This document shows positions 12,701 to 21,933 of a stretch of 64,000 bases of DNA, in pieces. Positions within the stretch are counted from its first letter, which is position 1. Every line of letters starts with the position of its first letter. The DNA lies in NCBI RefSeq assembly GCF_030013595.1, contig NZ_CP122768.1. One strand, 5' to 3'. Below the pieces are notes generated by a model. That model ran no database searches. It was given only the letters and a program-made list of their open reading frames with translations, and was not told where the DNA came from. The translations under genes and the position numbers were made by a program. This stretch comes from Escherichia coli (GTDB lineage: Bacteria; Pseudomonadota; Gammaproteobacteria; Enterobacterales; Enterobacteriaceae).

Positions 12701-12731
12701 CGGGCCAGCGTGATGCTGGCCCGGTATTGTG
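12701..12731 (+). terminator. candidate terminator after gatD
   Basis: Perfect 9-bp stem CGGGCCAGC / GCTGGCCCG with a 5-nt loop just after the gatD stop; weak T tract (GTATTGTG). Confidence 0.4.
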
Positions 12732-12800
12732 CAAAACAGATCATTCACCAATGGTCCCCCTTCGTTTACACTAGCCACAATTGAATATGGGTAAATGACG

Positions 12801-13574
12801 ATGAATTCATTCGAGCGAAGGAATAAGATCATCCAATTAGTGAATGAACAGGGAACCATGCTTGTTCAGGATCTGGCGGGAGTATTTGCTGCCTCGGAAG
12901 CGACAATCCGTGCCGATTTGCGCTTTCTCGAACAAAAAGGCGTGGTTACGCGCTTTCATGGCGGTGCGGCGAAAATAATGTCCGGTAATAGTGAAACCGA
13001 GACCCAGGAAGTCGGGTTTAAAGAGCGATTTCAGCTCGCCAGCGCGCCGAAAAACAGAATAGCGCAGGCGGCAGTCAAAATGATCCATGAAGGGATGACC
13101 GTTATTCTCGACAGCGGAAGTACCACAATGCTTATCGCCGAAGGATTAATGACCGCCAAAAATATCACGGTGATTACCAACAGTCTCCCGGCTGCGTTTG
13201 CCCTTTCCGAAAATAAAGACATTACTCTGGTCGTCTGCGGTGGCACGGTCCGCCATAAAACGCGATCTATGCATGGATCTATTGCTGAACGTTCCCTGCA
13301 GGATATTAATGCCGATTTAATGTTTGTCGGTGCTGATGGTATTGATGCGGTTAATGGTATTACGACCTTTAATGAGGGTTATTCCGTTAGCGGTGCGATG
13401 GTCACAGCCGCTAATAAAGTGATTGCCGTTCTCGATTCATCGAAATTTAACCGTCGCGGTTTTAATCAGGTACTGCCAATCGAAAAAATTGACATTATTA
13501 TTACCGATGATGCTGTGTCTGAGGTGGATAAACTGGCATTGCAGAAGACACGGGTGAAATTAATTACGGTGTAG
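12801..13574 (+). CDS. gatR: DeoR-family repressor of the galactitol operon (intact)
   Basis: ORF from 12795; MNSFERRNKIIQLVNEQGTMLVQDLA... is a DeoR-type HTH N-terminus; uninterrupted reading frame of about 257 aa. Confidence 0.85.
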   Translation: MNSFERRNKIIQLVNEQGTMLVQDLAGVFAASEATIRADLRFLEQKGVVTRFHGGAAKIMSGNSETETQEVGFKERFQLASAPKNRIAQAAVKMIHEGMTVILDSGSTTMLIAEGLMTAKNITVITNSLPAAFALSENKDITLVVCGGTVRHKTRSMHGSIAERSLQDINADLMFVGADGIDAVNGITTFNEGYSVSGAMVTAANKVIAVLDSSKFNRRGFNQVLPIEKIDIIITDDAVSEVDKLALQKTRVKLITV

Positions 13575-13579
13575 TATTG

Positions 13580-13640
13580 TTCTGTATGCCGGATAAGGTA
13601 TTTACACCGCATCCGGCATTACGGATTCTCCCTGGTTCAA
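13580..13640. repeat. REP element
   Basis: GCCGGATAAGG...CGCATCCGGC palindromic unit in the convergent gatR/yegS gap. Confidence 0.6.
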
Positions 13641-13655
13641 GAGAGAATAGTTTGA

Positions 13656-14555
13656 TTAACGCAATAATGGACAATCTGGTGGTAATCGACAACGCAACGC
13701 CGCCGGAAGTATTTCAATATGAAAGTTTTGTCCACTCAACGGTTCGCCATCAAGATTAAAAGTGATTTCGTGTGGGGCTTGTATATCAAACCACGACGAA
13801 GCGCCTTCGATAATATTCGGGTTATCTTCGTCAGATTTTAAGGTTGATACGAGAGCCGGAAGAATTTCATCGCCGGTAAAAATGCGCAGTTGCAGCAAGC
13901 CATCGTTAATTAACGCGTTCGGGCACAATTGTTGACCGCCACCGGCCTGACGCCCGTTACCAATACCAATGACCAGGGCGTCACCTTGCCAGTGAAAGTT
14001 TTCACCGCGGATTTCACAACGGTCCGGTTGCAGAGTATCCATACGCATTAAGCCATGAATGATGTATGAGACGCCACCCAGCGCGGCTTTTAATTTTTCC
14101 GGCGTTTCTGTGGTAATACGCGTCCCAAACCCGCCTGTCGCCATATTAATAAAACAGGTTTGTTTGTTGACCTGCGCCATATCTATCGCAATGGCATTAC
14201 CGGCAATTGCCAGTTTCAGCGCCTTATCCAGTGCCTCAGGAATCCCTACACTGGTGGCAAAATCATTGGCGGTTCCTAATGGCAAAATTCCCAGCGCGGG
14301 TATGTCATCCCCCTCACACTGAATCAACGCCGTAGAAACTTCATTAATGGTGCCATCGCCACCACCGGCAATCACCGTTGCGACGCCCAACTTCCGGGCC
14401 TCCTCTACAAATCGTGCGGCATCACCTTTCTCCCAGGTGACCCGCACATGGATCGTCATTCCTTCCTCACGCAACAGCATAATTGCTTCGCGCAAGGGTA
14501 GATTGTCAGTACTTTTGCCATTAAGAATCAGTAAGCTGGCGGGAAATTCTGCCAT
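13656..14555 (-). CDS. yegS: lipid kinase (DAGK_cat family)
   Basis: 299-aa ORF with a diacylglycerol-kinase-like catalytic region (GGDGT); recognised as YegS. Confidence 0.88.
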   Translation of the reverse strand: MAEFPASLLILNGKSTDNLPLREAIMLLREEGMTIHVRVTWEKGDAARFVEEARKLGVATVIAGGGDGTINEVSTALIQCEGDDIPALGILPLGTANDFATSVGIPEALDKALKLAIAGNAIAIDMAQVNKQTCFINMATGGFGTRITTETPEKLKAALGGVSYIIHGLMRMDTLQPDRCEIRGENFHWQGDALVIGIGNGRQAGGGQQLCPNALINDGLLQLRIFTGDEILPALVSTLKSDEDNPNIIEGASSWFDIQAPHEITFNLDGEPLSGQNFHIEILPAALRCRLPPDCPLLR

Positions 14556-14960
14556 GATCGTATGTGCCTTTATGATTGGTCTGTAGATAGTGTAGAGCAG
14601 AAAAGAAAAGGTGGAGTCAGAACAGGATGAAAGTCGGAGGATAAAAAGTCAGTTCAAGTATGGAGGATTCAGTGGTTACCACCAGGAGCTTGCAATGGGA
14701 ACAGCGAATATTAACGGTAACCACCGATAAATTTCAAAAAAGAGCATATGCCTAATATTCAACTAAACAGTGGCATCTTCAATATAATATATTAAAGCCC
14801 CCATGGAGTTACCCTGAAGGGCCTCAATGTCCGTAATTCCTACTTATGTAGGAAATGTTGTACAGAACATTTATTATAATCCTATTCAATTATAATGATC
14901 ATGCCATTATTATATTTAAACACTAGAGAGTGTCGTTGGTATTTAATGGGGGAAGGTGAG

Positions 14961-15278
14961 ATGAAAAAGATAGCTGCTATATCATTAACTAGTATTTTTC
15001 TTATATCTGGTTGTGCTGTGCATAATGATGAGACAAGTATCGGTAAATTTGGTCTTGCATATAAAAGTAATATTCAGCGTAAACTCGATAACCAATACTA
15101 CACCGAAGCCGAAGCTTCTTTAGCCAGGGGTAGAATATCTGGTGCAGAAAATATAGTAAAAAATGATGCAACTCATTTCTGTGTTACTCAGGGCAAAAAA
15201 ATGCAAATAGTTGAGCTGAAGACAGAAGGTGTAGGATTACATGGTGTCGCTCGTCTGACATTCAAATGTGGAGAGTGA
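14961..15278 (+). CDS. yegR: small putative lipoprotein
   Basis: ATG at 14961 preceded by GGAAGGTGAG; product MKKIAAISLTSIFLISGC... carries a lipobox (LISGC); the ORF-track start at 14895 has no SD. Confidence 0.8.
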   Translation: MKKIAAISLTSIFLISGCAVHNDETSIGKFGLAYKSNIQRKLDNQYYTEAEASLARGRISGAENIVKNDATHFCVTQGKKMQIVELKTEGVGLHGVARLTFKCGE

Positions 15279-15427
15279 GAATATTTTTTGGTAAGCGTCA
15301 AATATGCGCGTTCTGGCTGTGCGTAGCCGGAACCTGTGGGAGCACGATGCCGATAAGTGAAAGGCATCGTGCTATGAAGGAGGATTCTATCGATGTGGTC
15401 AATGGAAGACGGTTACCAGAGATAGGG

Positions 15428-15514
15428 CTTATGCATAAAAAAATAAGCCCGTGTAAGGGAGATTACACAGGCTAAGGAGGTGGTTCCTGGTACAGCTAGC
15501 ATTTTATGGGTTAT
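15428..15514 (-). ncRNA. cyaR: Hfq-dependent small RNA CyaR (RyeE)
   Basis: Minus-strand sequence GCTGAAAAACATAACCCATAAAATGCTAGCTGTACCAGGAACCACCTCCTTAGCCTGTGTAATCTCCCTTACACGGGCTTATTTTTT matches CyaR as I recall it, including the terminator hairpin and U tract. Confidence 0.8.
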
Positions 15515-15608
15515 GTTTTTCAGCGAAACGGATGATAACCTTAATAAATGCAGCTGTATGTGATCGGTTTCTAAGAATTTTCCATCCGGGAAAAATAATC
15601 GAAATTAA

Positions 15609-16970
15609 TCACTTACCGTGGGGATTACGCGTGGTTTCCCCGGAGAAATTACGCATCAGCAGCGCGTAATTGAGCTCAAGATCCTGCGGGACCGGGAGCC
15701 ACACAGTATAACCATCGCCTGGTGCTATCGGCATAGCTTCGCCTTTGGCGTTTTCCATGTGCTCAAGGGTAAAATTAATGTTGCCTTGCGGCGTCATCAG
15801 CTCAAGGCTGTCGCCAACGGAGAATTTATTTTTCACCGCTACCGCCGCGAGGTCCCCCTTGCGCTCACCGGTAAACTCACCAACAAACTGCTGGCGGTCA
15901 GAAACTGAATAACCGTATTCGTAGTTCTGATAATCGTCGTGAGTATGACGACGCAGGAAACCTTCGGTATAGCCACGATGCGCCAGACCTTCCAGAGTTT
16001 CCAGCAGGCTGGTATCGAACGGTTTTCCCGCAGCGGCGTCATCGATAGCTTTGCGGTAAACCTGTGCGGTGCGTGCACAATAGTAGAAAGATTTGGTACG
16101 ACCTTCGATTTTCAGCGAATGCACGCCCATTTTGGTCAGGCGTTCTACATGGGCGATGGCGCGCAGATCTTTCGAGTTCATGATGTAAGTGCCGTGCTCA
16201 TCTTCAAACGCGGTCATATACTCGCCCGGACGCTGGGCCTCTTCGATCATAAACACTTTGTCGGTTGGTGCGCCGATACCCAGCGTCGGCTCAACATTTT
16301 GCACCGGAATCGGCTCGTACTTGTGTACGATGTTGCCAACATCATCTTCTTTCCCTTCCTGGACGTTGTACTCCCAGCGGCAGGCGTTGGTGCAGGTGCC
16401 CTGGTTCGGGTCGCGCTTGTTGATATAGCCAGAGAGCAGGCAGCGACCGGAGTAGGCCATGCACAGCGCGCCGTGAACGAAGATCTCGATCTCCATATCC
16501 GGCACCTGATTGCGGATCTCTTCAATCTCTTCCAGCGACAGCTCGCGAGAGAGGATCACGCGGGTCAGGCCCATTTGCTGCCAGAATTTCACCGTCGCCC
16601 AGTTCACGGCGTTAGCCTGCACCGAAAGGTGGATCGGCATTTCAGGGAAGTGCTCACGCACCAGCATAATCAGCCCTGGATCGGACATAATCAGCGCATC
16701 CGGCCCCATTTCCACCACCGGTTTCAGGTCACGGATAAAGGTTTTCAGCTTGGCGTTGTGCGGTGCAATGTTGACCACGACATAAAACTTTTTCCCCAGC
16801 GCGTGGGCTTCATTGATGCCGAGCTGAAGATTTTCGTGGTTGAATTCGTTGTTGCGCACACGCAGGGAATAACGCGGCTGGCCCGCATAAACAGCATCTG
16901 CGCCATAAGCGAAAGCGTAACGCATATTTTTCAGCGTTCCCGCCGGGGAAAGGAGTTCCGGTTTAAACAT
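15609..16970 (-). CDS. yegQ: U32-family peptidase-like protein (tRNA hydroxylation factor TrhP)
   Basis: 453-aa ORF recognised as YegQ (peptidase U32 family). Confidence 0.88.
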   Translation of the reverse strand: MFKPELLSPAGTLKNMRYAFAYGADAVYAGQPRYSLRVRNNEFNHENLQLGINEAHALGKKFYVVVNIAPHNAKLKTFIRDLKPVVEMGPDALIMSDPGLIMLVREHFPEMPIHLSVQANAVNWATVKFWQQMGLTRVILSRELSLEEIEEIRNQVPDMEIEIFVHGALCMAYSGRCLLSGYINKRDPNQGTCTNACRWEYNVQEGKEDDVGNIVHKYEPIPVQNVEPTLGIGAPTDKVFMIEEAQRPGEYMTAFEDEHGTYIMNSKDLRAIAHVERLTKMGVHSLKIEGRTKSFYYCARTAQVYRKAIDDAAAGKPFDTSLLETLEGLAHRGYTEGFLRRHTHDDYQNYEYGYSVSDRQQFVGEFTGERKGDLAAVAVKNKFSVGDSLELMTPQGNINFTLEHMENAKGEAMPIAPGDGYTVWLPVPQDLELNYALLMRNFSGETTRNPHGK

Positions 16971-17072
16971 AATTCTCTCGTTCTGATGACAGGTCAGATC
17001 CGCTTCACCTGATGAAGCGGTTAGGGGAGTGCCCCCACTTTAAGGGCGGGCATTGTAGCGCAATCGGCGGGT

Positions 17073-17369
17073 TTAGCTCCAGTGTAAATGTCTGGTGGCG
17101 TCCTGGTTTTGGTTAAGGATACGAATGACGATAATTTCCCCTGGTGATTGCAGGAAATAAATGACGTGGCGTTCAAAAGGAAGAACAAAAATACCTTCGC
17201 CTAATTCAGGTCTGGGCGTACCTATATTATTGTTACTCAGAATCTGGAGAACGTCTGAAAGATGTTCCACATATCTGTCGGCTTGTGGTTCGCCGAAATG
17301 GTGATAGCTGTAATACCAGATGCCTTCTAAATCCTCATTGGCTTTTGGCATGAGTTTAATAATACGCAC
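17073..17369 (-). CDS. ParE/RelE-superfamily type II toxin
   Basis: 98-aa ORF; pattern ...ANEDLEGIWYY...PRPELGEGIFVLPFERHVIYF...IIVIRILNQNQD fits ParE-family toxins; start is 1 nt after the upstream antitoxin stop. Confidence 0.7.
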   Translation of the reverse strand: MRIIKLMPKANEDLEGIWYYSYHHFGEPQADRYVEHLSDVLQILSNNNIGTPRPELGEGIFVLPFERHVIYFLQSPGEIIVIRILNQNQDATRHLHWS

Positions 17370-17370
17370 A

Positions 17371-17622
17371 TTATTTCCTTATCCCTGCTTTCACCTTCCG
17401 TAAGAACGCGTCCTTTTCCCACGGCTGAGCTTCACCACTACTCAACCCTTCTGCGAGCATGTCACGTAACGCTTGCAGGCGAGACTCTGCTTGCTTTTCT
17501 CGAAGTAATCGCAGTGACTCACGGATCACTTCGCTTTGGGTGCGATAGTCGCCGGATTCAATTAAGGACTCGATAAATTCACGCAACTCATCGCCGAGAT
17601 CAACCGTCATCGTTCTGGCCAT
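17371..17622 (-). CDS. ParD-family (ribbon-helix-helix, COG3609-like) antitoxin
   Basis: 83 aa from the internal ATG at 17622 (MARTMTVDLGDELREFIESLIESGDYRTQSEVIRESLRLL...); ORF track begins at 17667 but that start lacks an SD. Confidence 0.7.
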   Translation of the reverse strand: MARTMTVDLGDELREFIESLIESGDYRTQSEVIRESLRLLREKQAESRLQALRDMLAEGLSSGEAQPWEKDAFLRKVKAGIRK

Positions 17623-17875
17623 TTTACGCCCGCCTGTAAGTAAAAATCTTACATCAGTGTATGTCATAAACCGGATAGCGTCACGAAAGTATTAGAAGAT
17701 ATTTTGGCACATGAACATGTTCAGGAGGATAAGTATGGGATGGTAAACAAAGAAAGCACAACGAGTGCTCGTCAGTGCCCACTATTTTAATGGCGGCGGT
17801 TACTCTTAATTATTAATAACTAAGCGTTATTTGGATATAAAGCCGGACGCCAACAACCCACGCCCGGCATCGTAA

Positions 17876-18208
17876 TTACGTATTGTCTTTCACCGTCTGG
17901 CTTGTGCCATTGGCTTTAACGGAGGCAATTCCGGTTTCACGAGATTGCGCGGTGGCGTACATCTGGCTGGAGCCGATAATTTGATGATTAGCGGCTTTCA
18001 GATTGAAATAGAATTTGCCGTTACTTGCCGTTTTTTTCTCATAGCGTTCTTCTTGCGGGCTGTTGCTACGCACCGACGCGATGCCCTTTTCCGCAGAGGC
18101 TTTTGAGGTATACAGCTCGCTGGTGAGGATAGTCTCACCATTGCCCGCTTTTAGCACAAACCGGAACTGATTATCACTGCTCTTACTGAGTTCAAACCAA
18201 CCAGCCAT
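17876..18208 (-). CDS. yegP: UPF0339 (DUF1508 tandem repeat) protein
   Basis: 110 aa from the ATG at 18208, preceded by AAGGAG; sequence MAGWFELSKSSDNQFRFVLKAGNGE... recognised as YegP. Confidence 0.85.
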   Translation of the reverse strand: MAGWFELSKSSDNQFRFVLKAGNGETILTSELYTSKASAEKGIASVRSNSPQEERYEKKTASNGKFYFNLKAANHQIIGSSQMYATAQSRETGIASVKANGTSQTVKDNT

Positions 18209-18398
18209 AATGACTCCTTGATTGAAATTGTGTATCGAAAACAGCATCTAAAGGTGCTGTTTACCGATTAAAGTATGAGCGATTTTCTGATGCCTGCCAG
18301 GGCGGAGAGATAATGTCAGTTTGCTGACCATGCGTGGGATAATGTTGCCGGATCGGGTCTGAACGCCATCTCCGGCTAACAAAATAATGTCGCTAAAA

Positions 18399-19121
18399 CT
18401 AAACGATGCGGCAGGCGTCGGCTTCCCAGCGGTAACCGACGCCGTAAACGGCGCGGATAAATGACTGTTCGGCGTCGAGAGATTCCAGCTTGCGGCGCAG
18501 GTTTTTAATGTGGCTGTCGATGGTGCGGTCGGTTACTACGCGGTAGTCGTCATAAAGATGATTGAGCAAATGCTCGCGGGAGAACACTTTTCCTGGTTCA
18601 TGAGAGAGCGTTTTCAGCAGACGAAATTCCGCAGGCGTCAGGTCAAGCATTTTACCGCGCCATGAAGCCTGAAAACGACCTTCGTCGATAATCAACGGGC
18701 TTTCAGCATCCTGTTGCTGCAACTCGCGCTGCGGTTTGCAACGGCGCAAAATGGTTTTGACGCGCGCTACCACTTCCCGTGGGCTGTACGGCTTACAGAT
18801 ATAATCATCTGCGCCAATCTCCAGCCCCAGCAGGCGATCGATCTCTTCGATTTTTGCCGTCACCATCACGATCGGAATGTCAGAAAAACGACGAATTTCC
18901 CGGCACAGCGTCAGGCCATCGGTGCCAGGGAGCATCAGATCTAACAGGATCAGATCCGGTGGTGTCTGGCGCACATACGGCAGTACCTGATCGCCGTGGC
19001 TGATAAGCGTCGGCGCATAGCTCGCAGCACGCAGATAATCAATGAGCAACTGCCCCAGCTTCGGTTCATCTTCCACGATCAAAATACGCGGTGTGTTTTC
19101 GTCGATTGGTAACTCGGTCAT
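18399..19121 (-). CDS. baeR: OmpR-family response regulator
   Basis: 240-aa ORF with a receiver domain (ILIVEDEP...[11 protein letters not shown]) and a winged-helix C-terminus. Confidence 0.92.
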   Translation of the reverse strand: MTELPIDENTPRILIVEDEPKLGQLLIDYLRAASYAPTLISHGDQVLPYVRQTPPDLILLDLMLPGTDGLTLCREIRRFSDIPIVMVTAKIEEIDRLLGLEIGADDYICKPYSPREVVARVKTILRRCKPQRELQQQDAESPLIIDEGRFQASWRGKMLDLTPAEFRLLKTLSHEPGKVFSREHLLNHLYDDYRVVTDRTIDSHIKNLRRKLESLDAEQSFIRAVYGVGYRWEADACRIV

Positions 19122-20521
19122 ACTTCTCTCTGTAAATCCCGTTCCAGCGGTAACTCTACTGTAATGCTTACCCCGCCAAAAGGCGAATGGGCAGCAATAA
19201 TGCGACCATTATGTGCTTCAACAATGTTCAGGCAAATCGCCAGCCCCAGCCCGGAACCGCCGCTGGCACGGTTGCGGGAACCTTCGGTGCGATAAAAACG
19301 TTCAAACAATTTTTGTAGCTGATCGTCACTGACACCTGGCGCACTGTCGGCAAAGGTCAGGCGCACCGTTTTGTCGCGCTGCCCGGCAGAGATTTGCAGG
19401 CTGCCGCCGCTGTCAGTGTAGCGCAGGCTGTTTTCCAGTAAGTTATTGAATAACTGCATTAAACGGTCGCGATCGCCAAATACGGTAATACTGTCTGGCA
19501 GGGAAAATTGCAGTTTCAGGCCACGACTGGCGAATCGTTCGCGAAATGCGCCGCCCGCCACTTCCAGCAGTGGGATCAAATCTACCGGTGCTTTTTGATA
19601 GGCGAGAGCGCCTTCATCAGACATCGACAACTGATGGAGATCGTCAACCAGTTTGGTCAGTGTACCGACCTCCGCCTGTAAAGACGCCACCGTCTCCGGC
19701 GTGAATTTACGCACGCCATCCTGAATGGCTTCCAGTTCACCGCGCAGCACCGCTAATGGCGTACGCAGTTCGTGAGAAATATCGGCCATAAAATCGCGCC
19801 GCATTTGCTGGTTTTTCTCCAGTGTGCTGGCAAGCTGGTTGAAGTCTTGCGCCAGTTTGCCCAGTTCATCTTCACTGGTGGGCGTTACGCGGGTAGTGAA
19901 ATCGCCCGCCGCCAGTTTGTGCGTGCCATCGACAAGTCGTTTTACCGGTGCCAGTAAACCGCGCGCCAGCAGAAAAGTGGCAAGTGCCGCGAGTAACGTT
20001 GCCAGGGCGACAATCAACCAGCTGGTTTGCCGCTGTTGTTTATCGAAATTGATATCAGTATTGCGCGTTAACCGCTCAACGGGGGAGGCGATCACCGCGC
20101 CAACTTCCGCACCGTTGACCAGAATGGGTCGCCGTGTACCGTCAGGTGGAATCGGCGCTCGCGGACCAACCAGCACTTTGTTGTTTTGATCAACCACCCA
20201 GAACTGGGTACGCCAGCCGTGCGGTGGCATACCCGGGCCGGGTTTATCTTCCGAATTATCGTGTTCAAATGAACGCAGGATCTGAAAGACAAAGCGATCA
20301 TTGTTGCGCAGGAAGCGCCAGTTGCCATGCTGCGCATACTGCTCGCCAAGCGCATCACTTAACAGTTGTAATCGCTGTTCATTACCATGCTTGATGTAAT
20401 CAATAAAGCCACGCTCAAAACTGATACGCACCGCCCAGTGCATACTGATCAGCAAGACAATGCAGGTGGCGAAAATCGCCAGAAACAGTTTGCCGGTAAT
20501 ACCGGGTCGCCAGAACTTCAT
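19118..20521 (-). CDS. baeS: envelope-stress sensor histidine kinase
   Basis: 467-aa ORF with two TM segments, HAMP, H-box ([11 protein letters not shown]) and ATPase G-boxes; 4-nt overlap with baeR. Confidence 0.92.
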   Translation of the reverse strand: MKFWRPGITGKLFLAIFATCIVLLISMHWAVRISFERGFIDYIKHGNEQRLQLLSDALGEQYAQHGNWRFLRNNDRFVFQILRSFEHDNSEDKPGPGMPPHGWRTQFWVVDQNNKVLVGPRAPIPPDGTRRPILVNGAEVGAVIASPVERLTRNTDINFDKQQRQTSWLIVALATLLAALATFLLARGLLAPVKRLVDGTHKLAAGDFTTRVTPTSEDELGKLAQDFNQLASTLEKNQQMRRDFMADISHELRTPLAVLRGELEAIQDGVRKFTPETVASLQAEVGTLTKLVDDLHQLSMSDEGALAYQKAPVDLIPLLEVAGGAFRERFASRGLKLQFSLPDSITVFGDRDRLMQLFNNLLENSLRYTDSGGSLQISAGQRDKTVRLTFADSAPGVSDDQLQKLFERFYRTEGSRNRASGGSGLGLAICLNIVEAHNGRIIAAHSPFGGVSITVELPLERDLQREV

Positions 20522-21933
20522 TGCGCGCTCCTTTTTCGCCGCGAAATAGCTACATTTTGATGCGTATCGTTCGGCACTCTGGCAAAGATGAACGCCGGAA
20601 GGGCGATGATCAACGCCATGCTAAGCCAGGTGTACATAAAGACGGTTTGTGTGGTGCCGCTGTCGACGCTGACATGCTGTGAACCAAAAAGTCCCAGCAA
20701 CAGCCCGGCGATAGTGACGCCGATACTCATCGACAATTGCATAATCATCGACAGCAGGCTGTTGCCGCTGCTCGCCAGATTGTCCGGGAGATCTTTCAGC
20801 GTCAGGGTGTTCATGGAGGAGAAACGCGTCGAGTTGACCATCCCTTGTAAAAACAGGACGAACGGCAAAACGTAGTACCAGCCCAGCAGGGCGGTAGTCA
20901 TAAACAACAGGGTGACCAGCGACAGACCCAGCGTGGTCGCTACCAGTACCCGACGATAACCAAAGCGATTCACCACCTGTACCACAATTCGCTTCATTCC
21001 CATGCTGCCAAGCACCATCGGGATCATCATCAGTCCGGCATGAAACGGCGAGAAACGGAGGCCAATTTGCAGGAAAACCGGTGTCATAAAGGGCAACATG
21101 CCACTGCCAATACGTCCGGCAAAGCTCCCCGCCAGGCCCAGCGAAAAGGTACGAGTACGGAACAGTTTCAGACTGAACAGGGCACGGTTGTTATTTCTGG
21201 CGTGCAGCAGATAAAGCACCAGTGCCACCACGCCAACTGCGACCAGGCCTGCAATCGTCAGCGGCGATAAACCTGTACCTTTACTGCCGTCCAGCGCCAG
21301 GGTTAATACCGCCATGCCAACCGCCAGCAATAAAAATCCGGAGAGATCAAAGCGCCGCGTCTGCATGGTGTAGTTTGGCATTAACAGCAATGTGGCGATC
21401 GCACCGATAATCCCCACCGGAATGTTGATCAAAAAGATACAGTGCCACGATGCGTACTCCACCAGCAGACCGCCGAGCGCCGGACCGAGCAGCGGACCGA
21501 CCTGACCGGGTAACGTGACAAAGGTCATCGCCGCCATATATTGCTCGCGCGGTACGATTTTCATCACCGTCAATCTGCCGACCGGCACCATCATCGCGCC
21601 GCCAACGCCCTGTAACGCGCGTGCCAGCAACAGTTCGTTCAGCGTGCCGGAAAGCGCGCAAAACAGTGAACCGAGAGTAAACAGCACGATGGCGGTAAAG
21701 AAAATATTGCGCACGCCGACTTTGTCCGCCAGCCAGCCGCTGGCGGGCAGCATCACCGCCACGGTCAGCACATAAGAGACAATGACCATGTGCATATGCA
21801 ACGGACTTTCCCCGAGGCTTTGCGCCATTGAGGGAAGGGCGGTGTTTACGATGGTGGTGTCCAGCGACTGCATAAAGAAGCCGAAAGCCACAATCCACAA
21901 TTGCCAACGGGTGCTGTCGGGAAGATCTGTCAT
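20518..21933 (-). CDS. mdtD: MFS-type multidrug efflux transporter
   Basis: 471-aa polytopic ORF; operon position between mdtC and baeS. Confidence 0.9.
   Translation of the reverse strand: MTDLPDSTRWQLWIVAFGFFMQSLDTTIVNTALPSMAQSLGESPLHMHMVIVSYVLTVAVMLPASGWLADKVGVRNIFFTAIVLFTLGSLFCALSGTLNELLLARALQGVGGAMMVPVGRLTVMKIVPREQYMAAMTFVTLPGQVGPLLGPALGGLLVEYASWHCIFLINIPVGIIGAIATLLLMPNYTMQTRRFDLSGFLLLAVGMAVLTLALDGSKGTGLSPLTIAGLVAVGVVALVLYLLHARNNNRALFSLKLFRTRTFSLGLAGSFAGRIGSGMLPFMTPVFLQIGLRFSPFHAGLMMIPMVLGSMGMKRIVVQVVNRFGYRRVLVATTLGLSLVTLLFMTTALLGWYYVLPFVLFLQGMVNSTRFSSMNTLTLKDLPDNLASSGNSLLSMIMQLSMSIGVTIAGLLLGLFGSQHVSVDSGTTQTVFMYTWLSMALIIALPAFIFARVPNDTHQNVAISRRKRSAQ

Noticed and set aside
13577-13759. 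60-aa ORF in the gatR/yegS gap
   Set aside because: Runs through a REP element and into the yegS 3' end on the opposite strand, with no start context. Spurious.
14895-14960. N-terminal extension of yegR from the ORF-track start
   Set aside because: The upstream start has no Shine-Dalgarno and would place 22 non-hydrophobic residues before the lipoprotein signal peptide; the ATG at 14961 with GGAAGGTGAG upstream is preferred.
15266-15475. 69-aa plus-strand ORF between yegR and yegQ
   Set aside because: Overlaps the antisense cyaR gene and the phage attachment core, spans a strong hairpin, and has no ribosome-binding site. The interval is better explained as non-coding.
15939-17012. 357-aa plus-strand ORF antisense to yegQ
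   Set aside because: Lies entirely within and opposite the well-supported yegQ gene, has no ribosome-binding site, and its product is low-complexity and Arg/His-rich. A shadow ORF.
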